This document shows positions 27,301 through 40,272 of a DNA stretch of 64,000 bases, piece after piece. Source of the stretch: Tubiluchus corallicola (Eukaryota; Animalia; Priapulida). Below the pieces are notes generated by a model. It was not told where the DNA came from. It made no database searches and saw only the letters and a program-made list of their open reading frames with translations. The stretch's first letter is position 1. Each line of letters opens with the position of its first letter. Made by a program: the position numbers and the translations under genes. Where the stretch lies: NCBI GenBank assembly GCA_030141605.1, contig JAQGDQ010000067.1:124001-188000 (forward strand), in the 5' to 3' direction.

Positions 27301-28219
27301 GATAATGAGCAGTTCAAGTTATTTGCAGAAAAATATGGACTTACTTCGGTAACACGTTCACCAAAACCCATAAAGCAATCGTGTGGCGGAACAAGCAGTC
27401 AGAACCATTAAGAAATACTGAACAAATCTAAAAACGAGGATCCGTATCTGGCTATATTACAGTACAGAACGGCTCTGCTCCAAAATGGATTTTTTTCCTG
27501 CAGAACTTCAGATGGGAAGAAAGTTAAGAACAAGAATGCCACAGATACACTTTAATATTTGTATGATGCCAATGGAAGTAGAACAAAGGGAAAAGACCAT
27601 CCTCAAAAAAGCTTATTACAACAAACGACATCGAACAAGAATGCTACCAGAGTTAGAAGAAAGTCAAGATGTGTACAAAAGAAGATCGGTTCGGTTCCAA
27701 ATGCAAGTCGATGTTGTTATGAGTGTACAGCTTTACGGTGCAACCATGCAGCAGTTACTGCGTTGCTCAAACCTCAACCCAACCTTCCACATATCCACAT
27801 AGCTATGTAGCTCCCACATCTATTCCGAAATCACATAAACCTAGTGCTGCCGGTCAACCTAAGCAATCTTCGCATTAACTGGTCATTCACAAAAGTGTGA
27901 TCACGTCGTTGTACAGTGTCACGCAAATACATCTTCAGGTCGCATAGTGAAAACAGTGAAAAAGTTGAATTTGTGAGTTAAAAATGGGAGTGAAATTTGA
28001 AGATTCAAAAATGTGAAACTAAATCTTACTGGACATTATTAATGAATGATATTTGACAACTGTATTGTGTAACAGTTCAGGTTTTGTTATTGATTTAGAT
28101 AATCGGTTGTGTTTTGCACTTAAAGAGGGATGTGTAGGATTACCTACTGCGCATGCGCGCTCTATTGTATTGTACTACATTGTTCATAATATTCAGTCTG
28201 CTTTACGTGTTCTTACACA
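24400..28219 (+). mobile_element. Degenerate Ty3/Gypsy element with a 2.5-kb internal inversion
   Basis: + strand gag 24400-24716; - strand knuckle, protease, RT, RNase H and integrase Zn finger 24717-27195; + strand integrase core from 27198; PPT AAAGAGGGA and short putative 3' LTR 28131-28219 (TGTGTA..TACACA). Confidence 0.88.
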
Positions 28220-29366
28220 ACATACTATACTGCTGTAGCTTTTAACAAACTTATTGTGAACATAATTGTTCAGCACGATTTTAAGCTTAGTTTTAACAAG
28301 AACTGAAATAAAATCAACTTATATATTATAAGTCAACATATTATATATTTTATAATATAAAATCTATTTATAATATAAAATCTATAAAATCAACTATTTT
28401 ATATTATAAAATCAACATATATTATATATATATGGACAAATATAAACATATTCATAAAAGTGTGAGATATTGTTGCTACAGCTGTCAACCATTAGAAATA
28501 AATTGAACTGGAATTACAATGAGATCACAATATCAGTGCACAATAGTAAGCCCTCCCTCAATATACAAGGAAGCTCAGTCTCCTCATTTTTGTTTTCATA
28601 ATACTAAGTACTGTACTTTTGTCTAAATAGCTGCTGTATTTACTCGTTAACAACTTATCAATTGGCTTCTGATACTTACTGTATGCAACTAGGCCCATAT
28701 AAAACCTCCATTGCTTGTAAAACAAAATCAGTCTGTTGTACTGAGGATGGCGGCCAATTGTTTCCAGTAGAAACGTTTTTGAAGTTTTTATGTTTTACTT
28801 TTAGTATTTTAGTAAAGTTGTTATTTTAATAAGAAGGGGAGATGCACAGCGCCTGTTTACTGAATTATATAAATCAGTCATGCAGTCACCTAGTAGGTGC
28901 ATAGAGTAAGCAGCAGCAGTAGTCAGTCTTTAAGCGTATTGAACTGATCAGCTACCAGTTCATTTGGTCAGTTCTATAAGGAGTAGGTCTCCTAGTTGTC
29001 GATCTGAATGGATTAATCAGTGGCACTAAATGAGCATCAACCAATCAGCCTATCATTTTATTAATTAAATTAGACAACCTGCCAGAAAGGCAGTGTGTTA
29101 ATCAAATCTCAGATGTTATTCGGTGCACTTTGGAGAAAATAAATTAGGATAAAGAAAAAATATGGTGAACAATATCATTGAATGTTACTGATTGCAGAAT
29201 GTCCCATTAGGTACAAAAAACTGTAGTTGGCACTTTTTGGAACTAGCACCACTCCCCATGCATTTTGCTTAGGCCTGCAGTCAATGCTGGTTCATTACAG
29301 TATTATATGGATATGATTATTTTTATATTTGTAGTGTTACCTTATTTTTTCAGGTGCCTGATAAGC

Positions 29367-29409
29367 ATGGTGGCTGTTATGTGTGGCAACTGCAAGTGGC
29401 GGTTATTAG
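29367..29409 (+). CDS. MCF2L: Candidate first coding exon of Dbs/MCF2L-like RhoGEF (MVAVMCGNCKWRLL + phase-1 G)
   Basis: Pyrimidine tract ttatttttttcag (exon from 29354), ATG at 29367, donor G|GTAAGC after 29409. The phase-1 end joins the 33209 exon to give GAT (D) in frame. No homology support for the peptide itself. Confidence 0.6.
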
Positions 29410-30856
29410 GTAAGCCTTTGTAAGACCTAAAAAGCCACTTCTTCGCATGATCTGCTGCTTGACATTGCTGCATGCTGCGTGGATAAATATGACCTTGTTT
29501 ACAGGAAAATAATGATTAATTACGGTTATGTAGCACAAACTCAGAATAATGTCAACTACATATACCAGAACTGTATACAAGTAAATAATAAGTTTTCTTA
29601 TAAACATTTATTTGAAATAATTGCCTTTGGCTGATTGAGTTGCTTCAGGCTACAAAATTTAAGGGTTTGCAGTTTGACAAGAAATCAGAAAATATACATA
29701 ACTATTCTAATTCTTAAGTAAAATAGCTAAAACAGTTAGCTGAACCAACGGATTGCTGTACCAGGCCAAATAAGATGACGTTTTGTTCATAACTTAGTAG
29801 AAAGCTACCAGAAAGCTACCATAGGATGGTGGGTATGCAACCTATTTTGTGTAAAGGATTATAGGTTGCAGACCTTGTGAGCTATGATTGGTTGCTCCAA
29901 TAACGTCATGTCAAGTATGAACTTCAAGCGCTTAATGAGGTCTTGAAGATCAGTTTACTTTTACGTCTAGCTCACTTGTATCATAAATAGCAAAAAACAC
30001 CGCAAAAACTTGTGATTATCGAAATAATATCTTCGTATTTAAAGTACTCATAACAAATTAAACACCCATTGAACTGATTATTAGTAAAAAAAATGTTTGA
30101 TTTCTGCTGTGAACTAAGTCATAAAATTTAATATAGCATCATGAAGAAGATGTATTTTCTTCGTTGTTACATTTCTGCAATATAAAAACAATCATGCTAG
30201 TTCAAAGTAAGCTATTGAGAGGCATTTCTTCGAGGTAACTACACGCCTTATAGTTTTTAACATGTTATTGTATACTGGTAGATACAGAGAGGTGTTTTTC
30301 TTTTCTTTTCAAATTTCTAAACCAGCACATATTGCTCTATTTAAGTAGCAAGCTTTCCTCATTGAGTTTCCTCTTTTTTTGACATTTGTGGATTTTGATA
30401 AAATAATTTTTTTAGTATAGTATATGGTGGTTCTGTTGTTTTTAGAAAGTTAGTTTTAAATGTTCAATTAACAGTTTTGAAATATTCATGAGCAAAATGC
30501 ACCTGAAAAGATGGAACACAAACTCAATTTCAATTTCTACATGTATTACAAGTGTGATGCACATGTAACTGCACACAGGAAAATTAAAAACTAAGTAGCA
30601 GAAGTATACTATAACATTACAGTTTAATGGCATTTATATGTTTTGTATGCAGTAGTTTTGTTCTAAAATGGTTTATGGTTAGATTAACATTAAGATTCAA
30701 ATTATCTCAATAAAGTATGCATGAAACTGAAGTAGAGAGTAATGAATAAATTAAAAAAAGAAAATTACATTTCGTTAAAGGAATAAGATTGACCAAGAAA
30801 CTATAAGAAAATTACTAATCTGGGAGCTTAATTTGAAATTTTACTACCATTACCAA

Positions 30857-31330
30857 TAATAACTAGTTGACAATGTTTCTGTCATGGTCAAAAACTGAAG
30901 ATTTTGCAAACAATAGTTGTAAAATTGAGCCTTAAAAATAAAAAGACAACAGCCTTTTTTGAAAGTGGTGAATTTCTTTTATTGAATTCACCTTGCTTGA
31001 ATGCATAGGAAGTGAATTTCACAATGAAACCCGAGCATTTAACTGTCCAGGTCTGTCACCCACGGGTCAAAGGTCAAACAATATCGGCATAACTTATATC
31101 ATTTAGTTTGTCTCATAGAGACTTTTCATTTGATATACTACAAGCTAGTTTCGGTCAGCACTGGAAAACATTTGTCCCCTCGATCCCTATTTTGCCCCTT
31201 AGTAGGGTTACAAGCTAGCGATTCTCATTGTAACATATGCCATTCGATTCGCCTCATCGTGACCGTTCATTTGATATGCTACATGGTACCATTGCTTAAC
31301 ACTTGGCGCATTTCTGTTTACAACCCCCAT
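30857..31330. repeat. Dispersed repeat copy 1 (Helentron/HINE-like family)
   Basis: Starts AATAACTAGTTGACAATG; shares GAGAC(C/T)TTTCATTTGATATACTACAAGCTAG with 38365-40150. Confidence 0.7.
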
Positions 31331-31640
31331 TTTTCTCAGCACTGTCTCCAGTACACCGAAGATGTGCAACTAAACGTCTTAGCTCGGCAACAAACCTGTC
31401 GGGTGATTCGTGCATTTCTAATCGTCTTTCCTTGGAAAGTGCAAATGCTTGCAAAGGTGATAAACCAAAGGAACTCACCAATTTTTCTTTAAGTGTTTTT
31501 AAATTTGTTGTACCATCGTTTTGCATTTGTTGGTAGACGTCAAAAGCAGCGCCTTCCAAAAAAAAAAGTGTTGTTGATTTGTTAAAATACTCGTAGTGTA
31601 ACAGTTAGAGAGCAGCATGTTCAAAACCCACTTGAAACTT
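31330..31640 (-). mobile_element. Gypsy gag fragment
   Basis: LEGAAFDVYQQM..LKEKLVSSFG..RRL..ESPDRFVAELRRL. Confidence 0.65.
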
Positions 31641-32259
31641 TTGCCCCTACTTTTTCTTATGTCTTTTTGGTTTACACTGTTTGGACATTATGCAAAATTC
31701 TTCTGTCAATTTATTAAAAAATTAATTGTATTTTCATTTTCTTTAAAATTGATTTGAATGTGCTAATGTTAAATTCTATTGAAATTAAAATGAATATTAT
31801 TTTGGTACTTTATGAAGCTCACTGATAACTGCTGAAGGAAATACCTGTGTGGTCATGTTGTGTGCTTGGTTGCGAAGAAAACAACACAGGACTTGGTTAA
31901 TAATTAGATTGGTGACTGGTCACCTGTGAAAAACTTCTACTTTTCATTTTACTAAAGCAAAATGCAATTCCTGAGTTCTCAAACATGGTCCATTCAATGC
32001 AAGCTATATTATGCCTTCACAGCCTTCAGTTATGGACCACTGGTGAAAAACTGACAAGTTCCGAATTCACTAAAGCTTTTATTGTCAAGCACAACATTTG
32101 ATGTTAACTATTCTTTTCTTTTTGATATTTTGATATTCATTATTAAAGTTAATATTTTGTTTATTTTTCACTTACTAACATTTTGCATATATATTGTGTG
32201 TGCGTGCGTGGTGGGGGTGTGGGTGTTTGTGTGAGTGCGTGAGTGCGTGCATGTAACAG

Positions 32260-32396
32260 ACAAAAAATAAACACATTATAAGCAACGAAAAATTGGCAAA
32301 TCACAAAATAGGCAAAGAAATATTCAAAATTTTCGCACCAAAGATTGTTGACTACATATAGTTATTTTCGTTGCTTATAATGTGTTTATTTTTTGT
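32260..32396. repeat. Perfect 32-bp inverted repeat, 73-nt spacer
   Basis: ACAAAAAATAAACACATTATAAGCAACGAAAA at 32260-32291 and its reverse complement at 32365-32396. Confidence 0.9.
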
Positions 32397-32807
32397 ATAT
32401 TAATTGCTAGTTATTGTTCGTTTATTATTACTTATTAATTATTGCTTTCCCTTATAATGGTATGTCACCTATCATAATAGCTTATTGATTATTATTTGGA
32501 CATTAATCATACTGTGGCAACTTTAAGCGTTTCTAATGCAGTAGTCTTGGTGCTACAGTTTTGTTACACGTATATATTAGTTTACCGTTCTATGTTTAAT
32601 TCTTATTATAAATTGCATACGAATGCCCTGCTCATGCCACTAACTCTGCCATAGTGTTACTTATTAAGATTTTTAGAGTGAGGGTTGGATGCTTGGTGAT
32701 CATTTGGTCTTTCTCCACCCCATCCCTCTTACTAATTATGTAATCTCATATTAACTTTTGTTATAGTTTTTTATGTGTGAGGCAAAATAAATTAAAATTC
32801 AATTCAT

Positions 32808-32930
32808 ACCACATCATATTACAACAACTAACACTACAGCATCCCACACCACAACACAACAACAACAACCCACACCTCAACACAGCCCACAGCATCCACA
32901 CCACACCACAACAACCGACACCACAACACA
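32808..32930. repeat. Degenerate (CACAA/CACAC)n low-complexity tract
   Basis: Seen directly. Confidence 0.8.
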
Positions 32931-33208
32931 GCTTGTATCGTCTAGCAGGGCTTGAAAATGCCAATTGCAGGATGCTGTTAGCTTTTTACACCCCATTTGA
33001 ATGGATTATTCATCCATTACTAGCAGGAATCCAGTATGTTCTTTTTCCCTCCAGTTTAAATTTCTCCAAAAGGCAGACAAAAAACACTCATTTTTGGAGG
33101 TTTTTTGCCCAACTTTCCTCATCACTGTGGCCCCCATTCACAAATAAATCATAAGTAAATCACATTTTCAGAGGATGGCAGAAGCTTTTTAACTAATGTT
33201 GATTACAG

Positions 33209-33295
33209 ATGAATTGATTGCTGATGAAGATAGCTGCAGCCTCAGCATATGTGATGTGTCGGATCTACTCCAAGCTAAAGTAGCACTTCTGTCAG
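33209..33295 (+). CDS. MCF2L: MCF2L/Dbs-like exon, (D)ELIADEDSCSLSICDVSDLLQAKVALLS(G)
   Basis: ttacag| ... |gtaaac, 87 nt, phase 1-1. Resembles the Dbs/Trio/Kalirin segment leading into SEC14 (LCAADIQDQLKKRFAYLSG in MCF2L, from memory). Confidence 0.85.
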
Positions 33296-33319
33296 GTAAA
33301 CTCTCTTGATCCTTTTTTG

Positions 33320-33397
33320 TTATTATTACTACTACTGCTGCTGCTGCTGCTGCCGCTGCCGCTGCCACTACCACTACCACTACTACTACTACTACTA
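33320..33397. repeat. Compound trinucleotide microsatellite (ACT/GCT/CCA)
   Basis: Seen directly, just after the 33295 donor. Confidence 0.9.
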
Positions 33398-34089
33398 TTT
33401 ATCGAAGAATGTATTTTAGTGTCTTCAACCTGGTAATTTATTTACAGTTGCAAACGTAAACGGTTTATAAGATACACTTTTGTTAATAAATTCATACATT
33501 CTTAAAACATCCTCAATTTCTGCTTTAGATTTGGTCTTGCTTGGTCACCATTATCTGTGCTTTGACTCGAATGACTGACATATTACTAATCAAATAATTT
33601 AGCTTTGGTATGTACGATTTTGTCTTTCGTACACAAATCAAGAATTACAGCTTTGATACTACATCTCGTGTAGAACTGCCACTGTAGAATTGGCAAAGCA
33701 TGGACATTTATCCGCAATCAAATTCAAATTCAAACTATTTGTTTTTTCATGGTAGTAAAGAAATACACAATTGCAATTTTAATGTACCAGTCCAGTAGAC
33801 AATAGACTACATACAAATTGGGCACATGTTACGAGCTGTTTTCAAACACAACCTTTCTCATCGACTGACTGAGAAAAACTAAAAAAACCATTACTTATAA
33901 ACTTAACACTGCAGATTACAAACTTTTACTTGAAATGCAATCAAACAAAAATTATAGTAAATTGAATTTGCACAAGATATCTACTGATACGGAGTTTTTA
34001 TAATTCTACCATTTCTGGTGGTAACAACAAGTTTAGCATAAGTATTAACTTTAACATGAAGATCAGAGTTTTTGTCACAAGTAACAGAT

Positions 34090-35105
34090 GGATTAGAACT
34101 TTTTACTTTTGAAGTTCTCTCTAGTACGATCTGTGTTGAAGTTTAGGTTGTAGCATCTTTCTGTTGCACTGATTGAAGAAGCTTATTTAGTCAAACCCGC
34201 TTTCTTTTCAAAGTTAACCAGTTAGAGTTTTCCCCTCGTAAGAACGATCACTAAATCTACCTTGCACTATACCATTTTCCCTCCTCCAAGTAATCCATAC
34301 TTCCCCTCCTTCAGTGAGTGGTGGTAAATTTTTAGCACGATGTTTATCATTGAAGTTGTACATCTGCTTTAATCTACAGGTTTCTTTTTCCTGGAGATGG
34401 GCTGAGTTTGGTATTTTGGCATCCTGATTAGATGGAAATATAGGTACTTACGTGCATAGTCACCTAAACATTAAAAGTTCGGCTCGACTTAAGCCGTTAG
34501 CAAAAGAGCTGCTCTATAGCTAAGTAAAACTGCATAAGGATCTCTTGCACTGCTAAGAAATTCCTTCACAGTCTGAACTGCTCAGCTTCACCATTTACTG
34601 AAGGATGCATAGGGCTGCTAGTAACATGCTTGAATCCATATTCTGAAGCAAATTCTAAGAATTCTTTTCCACAGAACTGTGGCCCATTGCCTGAAACAAG
34701 AGTAAGGGGAAATTTACGTAAGGAAATTTCACTAAGTAAATGATCACATTTGCTTCTGAAGTCTCTGGAAGTTTAGCCATCTCGATGTGCCATGAGTAAT
34801 AGTCCACAACTACCAATAATGAGTTTGTTTCATGTACATCAAAACAGCTGATCATCAGATCAACTCTTTCTCATGGTTGGAAAGGCAAATGCATAGGAAC
34901 AAGTGGTATTGGACTGATTTTAGCATTCATGCAGCATGTACTACGGTTTTTAATCAAGTTACCTATATCCCTGCTGAGTCCTGGCCACCAAATTGATTGA
35001 CCTGCTCGATGTCTGCACTTTACGAAGCAGGGTGACCTTCATGAATGTGATTCAGAATACTGACAGACCCGAGTTCACTAAGAACAGAATTGGGCCTACA
35101 AAACG
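34090..35105 (-). mobile_element. Gypsy integrase remnant
   Basis: HIHEGH..C..WWPGL and LLVVVDYYSWHIE motifs on the - strand, with many stops. Confidence 0.8.
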
Positions 35106-35109
35106 CAAG

Positions 35110-38034
35110 GCATGGCTGCAGGTATCAGCAAACTGTTGCAATATGGTCCAATTTTTAATAGGGTGCGGGTGCCACAACCTAGATTTGCTGCAGTTTTTTC
35201 ACAAGTGCCACCCATGTCTCTTAAGTCAGTTGACATCACCGTACTGATGAAGCAGCTTCAGATTATGCAACAAGATATTGCCTGTCTTAAAGCTAACACG
35301 GTCTCAAAAAGCGACCTAGATGAGGTGTTACAAACACATTTAGCTAGGGATTCAGCTACATCACGTAAAACAAACCTCATTATAAACCGTATGAGAGTCA
35401 GTCAACAAAAGCTAGCGTTGATGACCCAGAAAGTCAAAACAAAGTTACAAGTAAGACAAAAGATAACGAGGGTTTCGTAACTGTGAGTTGCTCATCGTTG
35501 CCGTCGTAAGCTAGCTCAAAACGCTAAGCGCATTGTCACAGGGGTTGCAACAGGCCAAGATTTACACATCAGGGCTAGCAAACCTAGGAGAAGAATTTTT
35601 GTCACGCGCCTGCATCCAAATACCCAAGCACGGGAAGTTGAACAATTTCTTGCTGACAATTGTGCAATAACTGTTGAGGCTGAGCAATTAAAGACAACAT
35701 ACGATAATATACATCATTTTGTCGTAAATTGCTTTGGAAATGATGAACGAAATCTAATTATGAACTCTGAGATATGGCCTTCTGGAACGTTATTAAAGCC
35801 ATTTCACACATCTGGTAAGTTATATGCTAATAACAAAGCAAAATCTACGACATCATTGCAAGCAAGCTATGTCTAGGGTTGTCCCTAACTGGAAACTTAA
35901 ATTCTGAACTCCAGGAGCAACCAGGCTCGTTATTGTCAGTTGATACAGATAATGACGATGATGATACAGGAGAATAAAATTCATTTAGTGAGCTACAACT
36001 GTAATTCATTAAAACATCCTGAATCTAGACATGTTATAATTAGCATTTATGAATCCAGTTATATAGTCTTATTGCAAGAAACGATGTTACCAAAGCAAGA
36101 ACTGGACATACTGGCTACTCTGCATTGAGACTTCTATGGAGCAGGCGTGTCAGTAACAGATCATAGTGCTGGTGTCCAGACAGGCAGGCCTCGGGGAGGT
36201 CTGGCTATGTTGTGGAGAAAAGCTATTAATGCAGATATAAAAACACTTATCTGAATAATGGGACTTAGTTTGATTTTACCTGGTAAATTAATGAGCTTGA
36301 CTCTACTTAACGTGTACTTTCCGTATGAGTAGGACGACAACACTGTTGAATTCCGATTTTGTTTGGGGAAAATGTTTTCATTGATAGAAGCGTTAGAAAC
36401 CAATTCAACATTACCAGAAGTACATTCTCCTTACCACGCATTGTTGTGTGAACGTAATGACTGTACGTCGGTTGAGCACATGAACCAATTGAACGCATAT
36501 TATACAACCATCGCGGACGGACTTCGCAGGGCTTCAACCCTTGCTATTCCTAAACTCACTAGTAATCAAAATAACGAACATTGTGGGTATAAAAGCATTC
36601 CCGGATGGATTGATCATGTCCGAGAAAAACATCAACATGCTAGAGACTGTTTTACTTTGTGGCACTTCATGGTAAACCACGACATGGTATTTTGGCTGAA
36701 AACTTGAGGCGTGGGCGTGCACAATTTAAGCATGCTGTCAGAGACTGCAGGAGACATGAGGCTGCTATTATTGCTGACACAATTGCATATAAGTATATGC
36801 AAGGTAACTCGTATGAGTTCTGGAAAACTGTCAGAGCTCTGACTAACAAAAAAGTACCGTTACATAACATTACATAACATAACAAAAATGAAGATTTAAT
36901 GTTAAAAAATAACTACAGACCGATAGCCATCTCGACCATGTGTAGTAAATTATTAGAAAGACTAATACTCAACAGATACAGTGAGAATTTCGCAGGAACA
37001 TCTCTACAGTTTGGCTTTGTGGAAAAGTGCAGCACTGAACTTTCTATTTACACAATGAAGGAAGTTATAGATTAATATCTGAATAAGCAAAGCATTGTGC
37101 ATCTATTGTTCATGGATGCCTCGAAGGTATTTGACTTGGTGAACTACCACAAGCTATTCTTTAAATTACTACAAACTATAGTTCCAAAAATTATTGTACG
37201 TGTGCTGTACTTTCTTTATTCAGAGCAGACGCTTACTGTTAGATAGGGTCAATTTAATTCCCAAGTCTTTAAAGTAGGGAAAAGTGTAAAACAAGGTGAA
37301 ATACTATCTCCTGTTCTTTTCAACATTTACTTCAGGAAGCTTAGTGTTAAATTAAGTGCAACACATAAAGGCTGTTGCATTGGTGAAAAATCTGTTAACC
37401 ATTTGATGTATGCCGATGATGTGTGTCTCCTGACAACAGCAATGAGTGCTTTATAACAGCTAGTTTATATATATAAAGTGAATGAGAGTAAAACAAAATT
37501 AATCTCTATTAAATCAAGTGCCATGTCACAAGTATAGTTTAGCTCATTATATGTAAATAATTGTGGTATTTTGTCAATGGTCATGTTATCAAGAAAAATA
37601 CTTAGGACATATCATAACTTCAGACAACAAAGATGATGTAGACATCATAAGGCAGCGTTCTGTATTTTATTGTAGAGCAAACAAACTGCTAAATATATTT
37701 AGAAATTGTAGTGATGATGTAAAAAGATATTTGATAAACAGCTACTGTAGTAACTATTACTGTATGGCTACATGGAGAAACTACAATCTTTACAATATTA
37801 AAAAACTAAAGGTAGCATACAATGTATTACTGCGTAAATTTTTCGGAAAATCGTTCGACTTTAGTGCAAGACAGTTATGTGTATCCTATAATGTAAAATA
37901 CTTTGATTTTATTAGAAGAAAATGTGTGTTTGTTTGTAAATAGTATCTATTATTTGTGTGTGATTGTATGTGTTATACTATACACTTTAAGTGTGAAATA
38001 AAAAGTTAAATTCAAATTCAAATAAATTCAAATA
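35110..38034 (+). mobile_element. Decayed two-ORF LINE (CR1/L2 group, clade not resolved)
   Basis: ORF1-like IFVTRLHP..WPSG; APE endonuclease SYNCNSL..LLQET; RT motifs NYRPIAI, QFGF, DASKVFDLV, VKQGEILSP, YADD, KYLGH; 3' AATAAA and (AATTCA)n-like tail. Confidence 0.9.
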
Positions 38035-38035
38035 T

Positions 38036-38290
38036 ATGATACTGTCATGTAGCGAAGCATCTGCTGATACTGTGTGGTCCTTGGATACATCATGCCAAGC
38101 TAATGCTGAAGCATTACTCAACAATTCCTTTATCGTGATAAAGGTTTGTTCTTGGTTTGGACCCCAGACACATTGTGCACCAGCGTTGAGGAAACTGTAG
38201 ATAGGTCTAGTTATGTCTGCCAAGTGAGGTACAAATTTACAAAGTTGATTGGCTGTGCCAAGAAATCTTCTCACTTCTGAAATGTTGCTA
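38036..38290 (-). mobile_element. Gypsy RT-connection/RNase H fragment
   Basis: EVRRFLGTANQLCKFVPHLA..WGPNQE..VSADAS. Confidence 0.8.
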
Positions 38291-38364
38291 GTTGCAAGTA
38301 CAAATACAAACGAAATATAGTCCAAATAATACAAATAAAGAATCTTTAGTAGATAGTATTGACA

Positions 38365-40150
38365 CAAATTTGAGCTTTAAAATGAAGAAATGACAGTTTT
38401 CTTAAAAGTGCTTATTTTCTTTTATTGAATTCACTTTGCTTGAATACGTGGGAAGTGCACTTCACAATGAAACCGCAACATGTAACTGTTCGGCCCATCA
38501 CCCACGGTCAGAGGTCAACCATTCTTGGCATAACTCCATTCAGTTTGTCTCACTGAGACCTTTCATTTTATGTACTACAAGCTAGTTTCAGTCGACACTG
38601 GAAGGAATTTGTCTCCTCGACCCCTGTTTTGTAGCGTTTCATATGCTACAAGGTACCATTGCTCAACACTCTTCTGTTCCCGACCCCCATTTTTTGGTAT
38701 TTTCCCTCTAGTGGGATCGCGGGGTAACTATTCCCATTTTAACCTATGCCATCTAATCTGCCTCAGTGAGGCCTTTCATTTGATGCATTCCAAGATACCA
38801 TTGCTCCACACTCGATGCACTTCTATTCCTGGCCCTCATTTTTCGGTTTTCTGCCCAATAGCAGAAAATTTTCCTATATGCTCATGTCCCATATCTTGTG
38901 GTGTACAAAGCCATGACCCCACCTAGTGAGCCCTAGCTGAAAAACTATAGGAGCAGATGGATAATAAAGAAAATTAAATGAAGACCTGTCCACTCCATGA
39001 TCTTTGACCCGGCAGCTCGGATATACGTAGATAACTTTGCCCAGAGAGTGTACCCCTTGAATTTTCTGTCCCTAGCCTTCAGCATGTAAAAGGTCACCAC
39101 TTATAGGGACCCCAAATTTTGCAATTCGGGGCCCTACCTTGGGCACTTAAAGCTTGTCAGCTTTTTAAAATCCCCAGGTGCACATCTACATCCCACAGTA
39201 CCCAAATACTTGTGAAAAAAATTGGAAAAAAACAAAAGCTGTAGGAGGAGATGCGACCTAAAAGACCTGCTCTTCCCCCTTGACCATGGCCAGTGGTCAC
39301 CACACTGTTGTTCGTCCCCACTCAAGGCTACATACCCTGTGAGTTTGGTGACCCTAGCTGGGAAGCCCTACGAGTTATTGAGTGTTGAAGTTGCAGAGAA
39401 TAAATAAATAACTAGTTGACAATGTTTGTGACGTGGTCAGAAACTGCACATTTTACAAACAGTAGTTATAAAATTGAGCCAAATGACAACACACAGAGAG
39501 TGCATTTCACAAAAAACCTCAGCATTTAGCTGTTCAGTCCATCACCCACGGGCCAAAGCTCAACCAATCTCGGCATAACTTATATCATTTAGTTTGTCCC
39601 TTTGAGACCTTTTCATTGTACTACAAGCTAATTTCGGTTGACACTGGAAAGCACGTCTCCTCAGCCCTTATTTTATTGACCCCTAGTCGGGTTACAGGTT
39701 AACTATTCTCATTGTAACTCATGCCATTCGATTTTTTCTCATTTTGACCTTTCATTTGACATACTACATGGTACTATCGCAGACACTCGGTGCATTTCTT
39801 TTCCTAACCCTCATTTTTCGGTTTTTGCCCCATATTGGGGTCAGAGATCAACCAGTCTTGAGATAACTTATATATATATACCATTCGGTTTGTCTCATCA
39901 AGACCTTTCATTTGGTGTACTACAAGCTAGTTCCAGCCGACATTTGTCTCCTTGGACCCCTATTTTGCCCTCTAGTGGGGTCGTGGTTTACCTATTCTCA
40001 TTGTAAGCTATGCCATTCGATCCGCCTCATCGAGACCTTTCATTTAATATGCACCATTTAATATTGCTCAACACTCAGCCCCCAGTGGAAAATTTTCCTG
40101 TATGCGTATGTCCCATGTTTTGTGATGTGCAAGGCCATGACCCCACCTAG
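38365..40150. repeat. Two adjacent copies of the same family with internal tandem units
   Basis: Copies at ~38365-39400 and ~39407-40150; the GAGACCTTTCATTT unit recurs every ~150-200 bp. The repeat is certain; the Helentron label is inference. Confidence 0.75.
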
Positions 40151-40154
40151 CAAC

Positions 40155-40272
40155 ATACCAAATATTGTGGCTCAGAAAAATGCGCAAGAATAACAGACGT
40201 TTGTGTCACTGGGCACTTATTCTTTCAGAATACTGCTTTACAACTGAGCATATTGCTGGCGCTCAAAACCTT
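40155..40272 (+). mobile_element. Gypsy RNase H C-terminal fragment
   Basis: RLCHWALILSEYCFTTEHIAGAQNLVADALS. Confidence 0.7.

Noticed and set aside
33189-33380. Poly-Ala/Val ORF on the - strand
   Set aside because: Antisense reading of a microsatellite and a real exon.
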